From positions 32,001 to 96,000 of IMG/VR virus record IMGVR_UViG_3300048999_000056: 64,000 nt of DNA. One strand, 5' to 3'. The number at the start of each line of letters is the position of its first letter. The stretch's first letter is position 1. Source of the stretch: a virus. Of the stretch, positions 19,735 to 29,256 are shown piece by piece. The notes beneath the pieces were generated by a model. The model was not told where the DNA came from and searched no databases. It worked only from the letters and a program-made list of their open reading frames with translations. Made by a program: the position numbers and the translations under genes.

Positions 19735-20153
19735 TGCCGATCGAACTGAAATGGCCGGAAAAGCAGACGCTCGACGCGCTTGACTATGCCTGCGACATGA
19801 CGGGTGATCTGGTATCGGGTGAGACGATTACTGACATTGCCGTATCCGTCAAACCTTCCGGCACGGATGAACTCAACGTGCAGAGCGTGGCGCTGCAGGG
19901 CAATGTGATCGTGGTCTGGTTGACGGGCGGCGTCGGCGGACGCGGCTACCTCGTCCGTATTGATGTCACGACCTCGGCAGAACGGGTATTCGACGTGCTG
20001 GCGGTCCTGCCCATGAGCCGTATCCTGATGCCCTTCCCGGTGCCCGAGCCGACTTCCCAGGATTTCTCGGAACCTATCACCTACCACGAGCCCGTAGCCG
20101 TCCAGGCGGCTGCCACAATCGCCGGGCAGGCACGTCTGGCGTCGGCCCTATGA
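19734..20153 (+). CDS. Fibre/tail adaptor-like protein
   Basis: K...D.LDY..D....L..GETI...VWL.GG..G..Y.V....TT...R. Confidence 0.6.
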   Translation: MPIELKWPEKQTLDALDYACDMTGDLVSGETITDIAVSVKPSGTDELNVQSVALQGNVIVVWLTGGVGGRGYLVRIDVTTSAERVFDVLAVLPMSRILMPFPVPEPTSQDFSEPITYHEPVAVQAAATIAGQARLASAL

Positions 20154-21301
20154 GCGAGAAACCATGGGCGATCATCTGCCGGTTTGGCGGCGTCGGCGAC
20201 AACCTGATTGTATCCTCCGTGCTGCCGCTGCTGGCGCGGAAATACAATGTCGAAGTTATCGCGCAGGCGCCGTTTCACGTCGTCTTCGAGAACAACCCGC
20301 ACGTGGCGCGGTTGACAGTGCGCCAGCGCTCCGACCTGCCGAGCGATGCCATGCCCTGGCAACGCTGGTTTGACGACAGAGCGATCGGCGCCGACATGCT
20401 GGTCAACCTCTCGCATTCCTGCGAGTCCATGCTGTGCCTGTTTGAAAGCCAGACGCAGTATCGTTGGCCGGATGCATGGCGACGCCAGCACTGCGGGCGC
20501 AACTACTTGGAGCACACGCACGACATCGTCGGCGTGCCGCACGAGTTCGATCCGCGCTTCTATCCGACACGCGAAGAATGGCAACGTGCGGAGGAGGTTC
20601 GCCGGACAGTCGGCGGACGCTATGTTGCGTGGTGCCTGTCCGGCACGCGCTACGACAAAATCTTCCCGTCAGCCCCGATCGCGATAGCGCGCATTATCAA
20701 CGAACTGCAAATGCCTGTCGTGATGCTGGGTGCTCCTGGCAAGGATTCCGATCTCGGCAAGAGCATTCAGGAGCACGTCAAGAAGCACAACGGCACCGAT
20801 CGCGGGCTGCATCTTGCGGTGTCTGCCGACGCGACGAAGACGGCGCCCGAGCTGCGCGATGCCTTGGGCCTGCGCGAGAACGTCGAGGCTTGGCCGATCA
20901 GGCGCGTGCTGACACAGACCATGCTGGCTGATCTGGTGATATCGCCTGATACCGGTCCGGCGTGGGCAGTGGCCATGTCAGCAATGCCGAAGATCATACT
21001 GTTGAGCCACGCCTCGCCGGAGAACATCACGAAGCACTGGCGCAACACGGTGACGCTGCATGCTGATCAGCAGCGTGTGTCGTGCTGGCCGTGCCACAAG
21101 TTGCACGAAGGACCGCACACGTGCCGGCCGAACGCCGACAACAACGGCGCCTCGTGCATCAGTGACATCAGCGTGGAGACGATCGTGTCAACCGCTGATG
21201 CGTTGTTAACCCAAGAAAGGAAACCCGACCAATGGCAGGTATCTCAGCTTATCACGAAAAGCAGCTGCTGGACTTCGGACTGGGTGGTGCAGGCGCCGTA
21301 A
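20150..21301 (+). CDS. Glycosyltransferase family 9-like
   Basis: RFGGVGD.L, FENNPHV, ADLVISPDTGP, C.PC motifs. Confidence 0.8.
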   Translation: MSEKPWAIICRFGGVGDNLIVSSVLPLLARKYNVEVIAQAPFHVVFENNPHVARLTVRQRSDLPSDAMPWQRWFDDRAIGADMLVNLSHSCESMLCLFESQTQYRWPDAWRRQHCGRNYLEHTHDIVGVPHEFDPRFYPTREEWQRAEEVRRTVGGRYVAWCLSGTRYDKIFPSAPIAIARIINELQMPVVMLGAPGKDSDLGKSIQEHVKKHNGTDRGLHLAVSADATKTAPELRDALGLRENVEAWPIRRVLTQTMLADLVISPDTGPAWAVAMSAMPKIILLSHASPENITKHWRNTVTLHADQQRVSCWPCHKLHEGPHTCRPNADNNGASCISDISVETIVSTADALLTQERKPDQWQVSQLITKSSCWTSDWVVQAP

Positions 21302-21636
21302 GCCAGCCCGCATCAGGCTCGCACGGTGTCGGACTGTCGCTTGGTGCGCCGACCTCGATTTCTGCATCCGAGATCGCAACCGGTTCCGGTTGGACACGTC
21401 AGCCGATCGGCTTCGCGGCGGCGGCGTCACCGGCCGGTTCGGCGTCGAACAACACCGCAGCGACATTCGGACCAGGGCTGACCGGTGCGACGTTCTCCGG
21501 TCTGCAAATCTTCGATGATACGCGGTCCGGCACCGGCAACATGCTCTGGTATGGCAACCTCGCCACGCCGCGCACGCTGGGCGTCGGCGACAGCTTGGTG
21601 ATCGCAACCGGTGCGTTGACTATTACCCTCGCCTGA
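21232..21636 (+). CDS. Virion/fibre structural protein
   Basis: S.Y.E..LLD...E..TG.G..RQ...N.....F...GN.L.YG.L...RT...GD......G.LTITL. Confidence 0.65.
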   Translation: MAGISAYHEKQLLDFGLGGAGAVSQPASGSHGVGLSLGAPTSISASEIATGSGWTRQPIGFAAAASPAGSASNNTAATFGPGLTGATFSGLQIFDDTRSGTGNMLWYGNLATPRTLGVGDSLVIATGALTITLA

Positions 21637-21696
21637 TCTGTCGGGTGCAGTCCAACGGTCTGCACCCCACGGACTTCCTAAAGAGCGGCTTCGACA

Positions 21697-24600
21697 ATGG
21701 CGTGGTCCTTCGTCGGTGCCGGCGCTTTAGCGTCCGTCACCACCACAGCGATATCGGTAGCAGAGCCCGCTGGTGTACAAGCCGGCGATCTTCTTGTTGC
21801 GCTCATATCGCATCGTGCCGCGTCGGGTGCCGCTTCGGTGGTGCTGCCGACTGGTTGGACTCTCGTTACTGAGCAGAAGGTCGGCAACACCACCGCCGCC
21901 AGCACGTTAGGCATCGGCAACGGCGTCATGGCCTACCGGGTCGCGACCGGAGCCGGTGGGCCGTGGAGCTTCACGGTTCCGACCGCGAACGTTGCGCTCG
22001 GTCGCATTCTTGTCTACCGCGGTCAGGACAAGCTCGCGTCGCCACTGTGTATGACACGCAGCACGACGACGGCAACCGCCACGACGAGCATCAGCGTTAC
22101 TGGCCTAACAACGCCGAACGCCAACTGTCTGATCATTCACGGTCTATGCGGCGCACAGAATGGCGCGATGTCGGCATTCGACGCCGCGACCGATCCAACG
22201 ACTGCTAGCGGCACGGGCGGTCAAACAGGCGCTCCAACTGCCGGGACATGGCTGGAGCGAACCGATGACGCTACCGCGAATGGTTCCGATTGTAGTCTGG
22301 CAATTGCAGACGCGGTTCGGGCCACGTCGGGCGCCACAGGCAATTTCACCGCGACGGCGGCGCTGGGTTGTGGCTACGCCTCGCTCGTCGGCGTGTTCAA
22401 ACTCGACGTTGCAATCCCAGCCGGCCAACGGCTGGTCACGCATTACATCATCGGAACGGGAACCGGCAGCTTCACGCCGCCGTCCACCGTCAACGCGATC
22501 GTCGAAGTATGGGGCGCGGGCGCCACTGGAAACACCGCGAGCGGCGTGGGCGGTAACGGTGCTGGTTGGTCACGGGATAGTAGCTACGCGCTAACAGCGG
22601 CAACGCCGGTCAACTTTTCGCTCGGTGCTCCCGGCGCGACCTCTGCGGCGGCCGGTGGCGATACTTGGTGGGCAACATCCGGCACGCTGATAGCGAACGG
22701 CGGCGGGTCCGCTACCGCGCGGATCGGCGACGTGACGTTTGTCGGTGGCGTGGCGAGCACCAACTCTGCCACCGGTAACACCGGGGGCGGTGGCGCAGCC
22801 GGTCCGTATGGACCTGGGCGAGCCTCTGGCAGTGCTGGCAGTGGTGGCGGAACGGGTGGCGGTGGTAACGGCGGCGGCACCGACTCAACAGCTTCCGCAA
22901 CGGCAGCTGGCACCGCTGGCGGCAATGGTTTCGCTGGAACGGGCGGCGCTGCTGGCGTTGCAAATGGTAATGGTTCGCCGGGCGGTCCGGGCGCGGGCGG
23001 TGGCGGTGGCGGTAACACGACAGGTCAAGGCGCTCGCGGTGGTGATGATTGGAGCAACGGCGGCGGCGGTGCGGGTGGCACAGGCAGCCTCGCCAATCAT
23101 CCTACAACGGCGGTCGGCGGCACGCCGGGTGCTGGCGGTGCGGCGGCAAATGCGGCACTTGGGCGCGGCGGTTACAGCCTCGTCAAACTCAGCTATGTTG
23201 GGACCGACGATGACAGCCTGACAGTTGTCGGCTCGCTGTCGAACATCGTCTTCGCGCGACCGGGTGCAGCTCATATTGCCGGCACCGGCTCGATATCGGC
23301 CAATGCAACAGTCGTCAGTGGCGGTCCGACTACTTGGCAAGGGACTGCAACATTTGCTGGCGTAGCGTCGGTTAGTGCTGTCACTGCCTACGTCAAACCG
23401 CAACAATGGGACATCGGCAACTACTATCATCCCAACGTCACGCTGTCGGGCACGGGCGGAAACTTTACCGCGCTGCAGACGGGGAGCAGCGGCAACCGTG
23501 CATCGGTGGTTGCGACTGAGTTTTTCAATACCGGCAAATACTACTGGGAACTGCAGATCGATTCCACTGGCGGCGGTCAGTATGTCGGACTGGCGCGTGC
23601 AGCGTTCGATCCCAACGGCTTCGATTCCGCCTTGTATGCGACTGAGGTTACGTGGTGGACCTTTACCGCTGACTCATCCGGTCATATAGTTGCTGCTAAC
23701 GTCGAGATCAGCGCCGGGGCACCGTTCTACACGACTGGCGATCGTGTCCAGTTTGCCTGGGATGCTACCAATCATCTGATATGGCTTAGAGTCAACAATG
23801 GCTCTTGGGCGAACGGCGGTGATCCGGCAGCCGGGACCAACGGTTACGATATCTCGTCCGTGACGGGACCTCTCGCTCCGGCGATCTCGCTGGGCGGCAC
23901 GAATGATCAGATATCAACCAAGTTCGATCGTGCCTCGTGGTCCGGCACGGCGCCAGCCGGTTTCGCTCAATTCGACCCTGTCATTCTACAGGGAACTGCA
24001 ACGCTAGCCGGCACGGGCTCGCGGACCTTTAACGCCACGCACACACCGGCAGGCACAGCAACAATTGGCGGTGCCGGTTTGCTTAGCGTCTCTGCGCGGA
24101 TCATTGACCGGATCGACCCTGTCACGCTGGCAGGTATCGGCTCAATTACTGCAAACGCTACGCATACGCCGGCAGGCACAGCCGTTTTCGCCGGTCTAGG
24201 TTCGTTAACTGTTGACGCAACTGTTGTTCTCGGCACTGTCACGTGGCAGGGCTCGGCAACGTTTGCAGGCGTCGGCACGCTCAGTGTCAATGCGACGCAC
24301 ACGCCAGCCGGACAGGCGACGATCAACGGCGCCGGTTCGCTTGCTGTCACTGCGACGCTGATCGATGCTATAGACGCTCTTACGCTGCCAGGTGCCGGCT
24401 CTCTCAGCGTCAACGCCACGCATACGCCGGCTGCGGCTGCGACGTTTGCCGGTATCGGCTCGGTCACGCTCAATGCGACTTTGACTGCTCCGGTCACGGC
24501 GAATATCAACGGCACCGGATCGGTCACTGCCAATGCTACGCACACGCCGGCTGCGACGGCATCGCTCAACGGTGTCGGATCGATAGCAGCAACCGCGACG

Positions 24601-26043
24601 GTCATCGCTCGTGCCTCAACAACCTTGGCCGGAACAGGCGGGATATCGGCGACGGCGACGGCGATAGAGCAAGCCTCGTCAACGATCGGCGGCACAGGCA
24701 CCGTCACGATCTTCGTCGTCGAAGGCGAGCTAGGTATGGCGTCGCTCGCGGGTGTCGGCTCGCTTACGATAGACGCCACGCACACCCCGATCGGCACGGC
24801 GACCTTCAACGGCATAGGCACGCTGGCGACGGCTTCCGCGGTGCTGGCAGGCGGTTCGGCGATGCTGGGCGGCATCGGTGCGGTTTCGGTCGCGGGGGCT
24901 GCCCAGGCCGCTGCCAGCGCTGCCCTGAGTGGCATTGGCACGCTAACCGTCAGCGGCATTTCGGCGTCTCAGGGAACGGCGGCGTTTGGCGGTGCCGGCT
25001 CGATCTCGGCGAGCGCCACGCATACGCCGGCCGGACAGGCGACGATAGGCGGCACGGGATCGGTGACGCTCAGCGCCCGCGTGGCGGCGATCAGCTCCGC
25101 GACGCTGGCCGGTGTTGGTTCCGTCACAGTCACAGCGACGGCGATCGAGCAGGCTGCCGCGACAATCAACGGCGTAGGCTCGGTTGCGGCTGACGGGCTG
25201 ATCCGTGGTCGGATCGACGCAGCGGCAACGCTAGGCGGCACGGGTGCTGTCACGGCAACCGCGACGATTATCGAGCGCGCTACCTCTGCGATCAGCGGTA
25301 GCGGCTTGCTCGCGGTCAACGCAACGCATACCGGTCAAGCTGCCGCGGCGATCGGCGGAACGGGTGCCCTGGTAGTCAACGCGGTCCATACGCCGCAAGG
25401 CGCTGCGGCACTGCACGGCATTGGTTCGATTACTGTTGCGGCAACGCATACGCCGAATGGCAGCGCCTCGATCTCAGGCGCCGGTGTGTTGACAGTGAGC
25501 GCCAGTCTGCGCCTGCCGGCGATTGCGTCAATCGGCGGCGTCGCTTCGTTTACAGCGATGGCGGATCATACTGCACAAGGCGCTGCGACGTTCGACGGCA
25601 TCGGCACTCTGACGGTTGACGAAAGTCTCGCGCTGGCGACGGGCGCCGATCTTGCGGGCGCAGGCGATGTCACTGTCGAGGCATCGCTGATCGTTCAAGC
25701 TGCCGTCGATCTGGTCGGAACCGGCGCTCTGTCGGTTGACGGTAGCGTATTCAGTCCTGAGCCGGGCTCGGTCACACTTTCCGGTATCGGGTCTGTCACG
25801 ATCAACACGCGGCTTGTTGCGGCGATACACGCGACGATCGGCGGTCAAGGCATCCTGGCTGCCGACGCGGTTGTTGTGACGAGTATCCTGCCGCCGCCGG
25901 AGCGGGAAATCCACGTTGTCGGGCAGTCTCGTGTCGTGACAGACAGCCGCGATCGATCGCTTACGGTTGCGCCTAGTCAACGTGCTGCGTCGGGCGAATA
26001 CAGCCGACTGATCTCCGATCGGCGCGGCGGAAGGAGGATATGA
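21697..26043 (+). CDS. Giant Gly/Ala/Thr-rich fibre protein (Gly-rich segment, SPRY-like domain, many AGxGS.ATHTP repeats)
   Basis: GDLLVA N-terminal domain, EVWGAG Gly-rich region, TGKYYWE domain, long imperfect ~20-aa repeats. Confidence 0.7.
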   Translation: MAWSFVGAGALASVTTTAISVAEPAGVQAGDLLVALISHRAASGAASVVLPTGWTLVTEQKVGNTTAASTLGIGNGVMAYRVATGAGGPWSFTVPTANVALGRILVYRGQDKLASPLCMTRSTTTATATTSISVTGLTTPNANCLIIHGLCGAQNGAMSAFDAATDPTTASGTGGQTGAPTAGTWLERTDDATANGSDCSLAIADAVRATSGATGNFTATAALGCGYASLVGVFKLDVAIPAGQRLVTHYIIGTGTGSFTPPSTVNAIVEVWGAGATGNTASGVGGNGAGWSRDSSYALTAATPVNFSLGAPGATSAAAGGDTWWATSGTLIANGGGSATARIGDVTFVGGVASTNSATGNTGGGGAAGPYGPGRASGSAGSGGGTGGGGNGGGTDSTASATAAGTAGGNGFAGTGGAAGVANGNGSPGGPGAGGGGGGNTTGQGARGGDDWSNGGGGAGGTGSLANHPTTAVGGTPGAGGAAANAALGRGGYSLVKLSYVGTDDDSLTVVGSLSNIVFARPGAAHIAGTGSISANATVVSGGPTTWQGTATFAGVASVSAVTAYVKPQQWDIGNYYHPNVTLSGTGGNFTALQTGSSGNRASVVATEFFNTGKYYWELQIDSTGGGQYVGLARAAFDPNGFDSALYATEVTWWTFTADSSGHIVAANVEISAGAPFYTTGDRVQFAWDATNHLIWLRVNNGSWANGGDPAAGTNGYDISSVTGPLAPAISLGGTNDQISTKFDRASWSGTAPAGFAQFDPVILQGTATLAGTGSRTFNATHTPAGTATIGGAGLLSVSARIIDRIDPVTLAGIGSITANATHTPAGTAVFAGLGSLTVDATVVLGTVTWQGSATFAGVGTLSVNATHTPAGQATINGAGSLAVTATLIDAIDALTLPGAGSLSVNATHTPAAAATFAGIGSVTLNATLTAPVTANINGTGSVTANATHTPAATASLNGVGSIAATATVIARASTTLAGTGGISATATAIEQASSTIGGTGTVTIFVVEGELGMASLAGVGSLTIDATHTPIGTATFNGIGTLATASAVLAGGSAMLGGIGAVSVAGAAQAAASAALSGIGTLTVSGISASQGTAAFGGAGSISASATHTPAGQATIGGTGSVTLSARVAAISSATLAGVGSVTVTATAIEQAAATINGVGSVAADGLIRGRIDAAATLGGTGAVTATATIIERATSAISGSGLLAVNATHTGQAAAAIGGTGALVVNAVHTPQGAAALHGIGSITVAATHTPNGSASISGAGVLTVSASLRLPAIASIGGVASFTAMADHTAQGAATFDGIGTLTVDESLALATGADLAGAGDVTVEASLIVQAAVDLVGTGALSVDGSVFSPEPGSVTLSGIGSVTINTRLVAAIHATIGGQGILAADAVVVTSILPPPEREIHVVGQSRVVTDSRDRSLTVAPSQRAASGEYSRLISDRRGGRRI

Positions 26044-26044
26044 C

Positions 26045-26533
26045 ATGGGCACCTTTTACAGCGACCATATTCAACAGTCCTACTACTATAACTCGCCATC
26101 GCGCGTTTACGATCTTGGCATGCTGGAGCCGGGTACGCGCGCAGCTGTCGAGGCGATCTTGAAAGAAGCGGCGAGCATAGGCCAGCCGCTGCTTGTGTTT
26201 GAGACGTATCGTAGTCAACAACGTCAGGAATTGCTGTACCAGCAAGGCGCCACGCAGCTGCGCGTTGTCGGTTGTCACCACTTCGGTCTGGCCGCCGATC
26301 TCGTGAAGAATGTCGGCAATGAGCCGAGCTGGAAAGGCTCGTTTGACTTCCTCGGTCAGCTCGCGCGCAAGCATGGCATGTTGTGGGGCGGTGACTGGGG
26401 TCAGCCGAACATGCGGCATAGCTTCATCGATGCTGATCATGTGCAGCGTGTCACGCTCGCGGACGAGAACCGCGTATTTGCTGGCGAATTTTTCCCAGGT
26501 GTGGACTACAACCCTTATGTTGCGGTTGCCTAG
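26045..26533 (+). CDS. Endolysin, M15-family peptidase
   Basis: ETYRS..RQ..LY.QG, H.FGLAADL, WGGDW...D..H. Confidence 0.85.
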   Translation: MGTFYSDHIQQSYYYNSPSRVYDLGMLEPGTRAAVEAILKEAASIGQPLLVFETYRSQQRQELLYQQGATQLRVVGCHHFGLAADLVKNVGNEPSWKGSFDFLGQLARKHGMLWGGDWGQPNMRHSFIDADHVQRVTLADENRVFAGEFFPGVDYNPYVAVA

Positions 26534-27045
26534 AGCCATTGCCATGTTTTGCGGTGTTTGATTGCATGAACGGTTGCGACGCAGATATTGTATGAGCCGG
26601 CAATCTTGGCAAAAGATAACTGTCCTGCCTGTAGAAGTGCGCGGATTTCTAGGACATCAGCTTCGCTCAACTTGGATTGGCGTATCTCGGTTCCGTATGC
26701 CTGTTTACCGTGCCGTTGCTTGTCTAGGTTATTTTGGCGTCTAGTTGCCCATCTGACGTTCGACGCTCTATTGTTCATTCTGTCGGAATCCCAGTGTGCC
26801 ACTTCATGTTTGGTCGATGGTCGCGGACCATGGAATGCTGTGCATACGAGCACATGGATGCCAACGTGCTGTTTTCTGCCGTTTACGTCGATGATGTTCG
26901 TGAAGAGGTAGCCGTTATTCTGCGGAATAACTGGCGCCAAGGGTGCTGAGTGATAAGGACTCCTGATCCGACCATAGCTGCTTGCTTCGTAACCGGGAAA
27001 TCCCGGAATTGATCGCCACTGCTCCGGCAATGCGCGTCGTATCAT
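26530..27045 (-). CDS. NUMOD4-HNH homing endonuclease
   Basis: EQWRSIPGFPGYEASSYGRIRS; H.LV..AF.G; H.D....NN...N..W.T...N. Confidence 0.85.
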   Translation of the reverse strand: MIRRALPEQWRSIPGFPGYEASSYGRIRSPYHSAPLAPVIPQNNGYLFTNIIDVNGRKQHVGIHVLVCTAFHGPRPSTKHEVAHWDSDRMNNRASNVRWATRRQNNLDKQRHGKQAYGTEIRQSKLSEADVLEIRALLQAGQLSFAKIAGSYNICVATVHAIKHRKTWQWL

Positions 27046-27081
27046 GGCTTCCCTCCGTTCTCTGAATAGGGTATACCACGC

Positions 27082-27537
27082 GTGAATCCTAATACCATCG
27101 ATCTCACGCCGATCATCAATGCGCTGATCGCTGTCGCAGCGGCGATGATCGCGCCGTCAGCCGCGCTGCTCCTGGCATGGCTGCGCTCGCGCAAGCATTG
27201 GAAAATTCTTGAAGACGCGCAGATGAATCAAGTGATCACCGAGTCAGCGCAACGCCTCGGGGCAGCGTTTCTGACCAAAGTACAGAAAGCAGGAGAATCC
27301 GTCCATGATGTTGACGTTGGCAACCCGGAGCTGGCGCTGTTCGCCAACAGGATCATCAGCGGCTATCCTGGCTTCGTGGCAAGGCTCGGCTACACGCCGG
27401 ATAAAGTGGCTGCAGTCATCCTCGATGAAGCGCAACGCCTTGGGCATCTGTCGCCGACCGTGCCTGCGCCCGCGCCAAGCGCGCAAGGCGCCATGCGTCT
27501 AGCTGCCGCCGCCCCCAACATTCAGGCGTATCCATGA
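27082..27537 (+). CDS. Holin-like membrane protein
   Basis: IDLTPII N-terminal transmembrane helix; lysis-module position. Confidence 0.5.
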   Translation: MNPNTIDLTPIINALIAVAAAMIAPSAALLLAWLRSRKHWKILEDAQMNQVITESAQRLGAAFLTKVQKAGESVHDVDVGNPELALFANRIISGYPGFVARLGYTPDKVAAVILDEAQRLGHLSPTVPAPAPSAQGAMRLAAAAPNIQAYP

Positions 27538-28049
27538 AACGCCGCAACATCCTTTCATTGCCGGTCAGTATCGCGCTGACAACATGCGCGGGCAACCTGA
27601 CGATCAGTCAGGCCGTCGAGGACGTGGCGCTGATCGCGGACGGCTTTCTCGGGGTGCTGCCGAACATTGTCGGCATAGCCGGTCTGAGCACAGACGATCT
27701 AACACGCGCTGCAGGCTGGATTGCCGACCTCCACACGCTCGCGGTGCGGCTCAGGGAAGCCACCACAGCTGCCGAGGCGGCGCCGATCGTCCGACAGGTC
27801 CAAGGGACGCTGGGACGGCTCGCGGGCATCCTGGCGTTCTTCCCCGTGCCTGCTCCGGTGGTGCTGGCGCTGCAGATGGCGCAGGCGCTGGTGCCGCTGG
27901 TGTACGCCGCATTCAACGTGCCGCAGCCGCAGGCGCCGAACCGGGCGCTTGCCCGCTTCACCTCGCCATCGGTGACGCCTGATCAGGCGCGGGCGACTCT
28001 GAAACAACTAGCCACGAGGTCACACAATGCCAGCGATGAAGTTAGGTAA
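27534..28049 (+). CDS. Putative lipoprotein / membrane protein
   Basis: KRR + hydrophobic stretch + LTTC lipobox-like motif. Confidence 0.45.
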   Translation: MKRRNILSLPVSIALTTCAGNLTISQAVEDVALIADGFLGVLPNIVGIAGLSTDDLTRAAGWIADLHTLAVRLREATTAAEAAPIVRQVQGTLGRLAGILAFFPVPAPVVLALQMAQALVPLVYAAFNVPQPQAPNRALARFTSPSVTPDQARATLKQLATRSHNASDEVR

Positions 28050-28797
28050 ACGCGCCGCTGTTGACGATCCGCGCATTCCGCGTATGTCAGTAGCGACGCA
28101 AGGCAAGCTGCCGTTTCCGCCCGCCAACGTGAACTGGTATGCGGCTGTCGGCGAGTGGGGCATGCTCGGCAATGACACGGTCGGCGATTGTGTCGAGGCC
28201 GCTGGCCTGCACGCGATGCTGCAGATGTCCACTTACGCTGGTGATCGGTCGATACCGACTACTGCGGACGCGTTGAAGTGGTACGAGGCGACCGGGTGGC
28301 GACCGGACGATCCATCAACCGATCAGGGGAGCTACGTTCTAGGACCAGAAGGTATGCTGCCCTGGTGGCATCTCAACGACGTTCCTTGCGGCGGACGGAC
28401 GACGCGGCTCGACGCATTCATGCAGATCAAGCAGAAGAACGTGACGGAATGGCGCCAAGGCATCTGGATATTCGGCGGTCTGCTGCTCGGCATACAGCTG
28501 CCGGAAGCGATTGTGTCCGGTATTCAAATCCCTTATGTCTGGTCGGAGTTCGGCGGCCCGATTGCTGGCGGTCACGAAATCTGGGTGCCTGGCTACCAGC
28601 AAAACGGATCGAGCCGGCTCTACGACCTGATCTCGTGGGGGCAGCGGTTCCGTGCTACCGAGGAGTTCCTGCTCAATTGCGTTGACGAATGCGTGGTGAT
28701 CGTGGACAACCGCGAGATGAACAAGCGCGGCGTCAATGCAGCTGGTCTGAGCTACACGCAACTGACGAATGACCTCAAGCTGATCAACAGAGGCTGA
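28027..28797 (+). CDS. Papain-like cysteine peptidase
   Basis: GND..GDC, GGH, ISWG motifs. Confidence 0.6.
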   Translation: MPAMKLGKRAAVDDPRIPRMSVATQGKLPFPPANVNWYAAVGEWGMLGNDTVGDCVEAAGLHAMLQMSTYAGDRSIPTTADALKWYEATGWRPDDPSTDQGSYVLGPEGMLPWWHLNDVPCGGRTTRLDAFMQIKQKNVTEWRQGIWIFGGLLLGIQLPEAIVSGIQIPYVWSEFGGPIAGGHEIWVPGYQQNGSSRLYDLISWGQRFRATEEFLLNCVDECVVIVDNREMNKRGVNAAGLSYTQLTNDLKLINRG

Positions 28798-28799
28798 CC

Positions 28800-29255
28800 A
28801 TGGCAATTCTCAACGCAACAGCCGGCATATCAGGTGTCGGCAGGCTGACGGCAATCGCTGCGGCAAAGGAAACAGCGACGGCGGTCCTGTCGGGCAATGC
28901 CAGCGTATTTGTCAACGCTGTCAATGCGCTGCATCTGGCGAGCCCGCCAAACTATCCGATTCCGCCGCAGGCGGATGACGCTGCGCCTGTCTTTCTTGTC
29001 GATCCGGCAACCGGTGCCGCAGTCGGCGCAACAGGACCGTACGCAAACGCACTGCCGGTGACGCCGGCCGATGTCGGCTCACTGCCGGCAACCACGCGTG
29101 CGTTGTGGATCGGCGGTGCCGGTAACGTGACGGTTGACACTCTTGGCGGACAGACAGTCACGCTGACCGCAGTGGCAGCAGGAACATTGCTGCCACTGCA
29201 AGTCTCGCGTGTCCGTGCGGCGACAACGGCGACGTTGGTCGTCGCGTTGTGGTGA
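28800..29255 (+). CDS. Head spike-base-like virion protein
   Basis: VTP.D...L..TRALWIGGAGNV.V......V......G.LLP..V.RV....TA...VALW. Confidence 0.6.
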   Translation: MAILNATAGISGVGRLTAIAAAKETATAVLSGNASVFVNAVNALHLASPPNYPIPPQADDAAPVFLVDPATGAAVGATGPYANALPVTPADVGSLPATTRALWIGGAGNVTVDTLGGQTVTLTAVAAGTLLPLQVSRVRAATTATLVVALW

Positions 29256-29256
29256 T

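Noticed and set aside
22584-25319. Long antisense ORFs opposite the giant fibre gene, and similar shadow ORFs elsewhere
   Set aside because: They are mirror frames of GC-rich Gly/Ala/Thr codons with no independent coding signal.
17629-26043. Diversity-generating retroelement or invertible fibre cassette
   Set aside because: No reverse transcriptase, invertase or TR/VR near-duplicate is seen; the SPRY-like copies share only short motifs.
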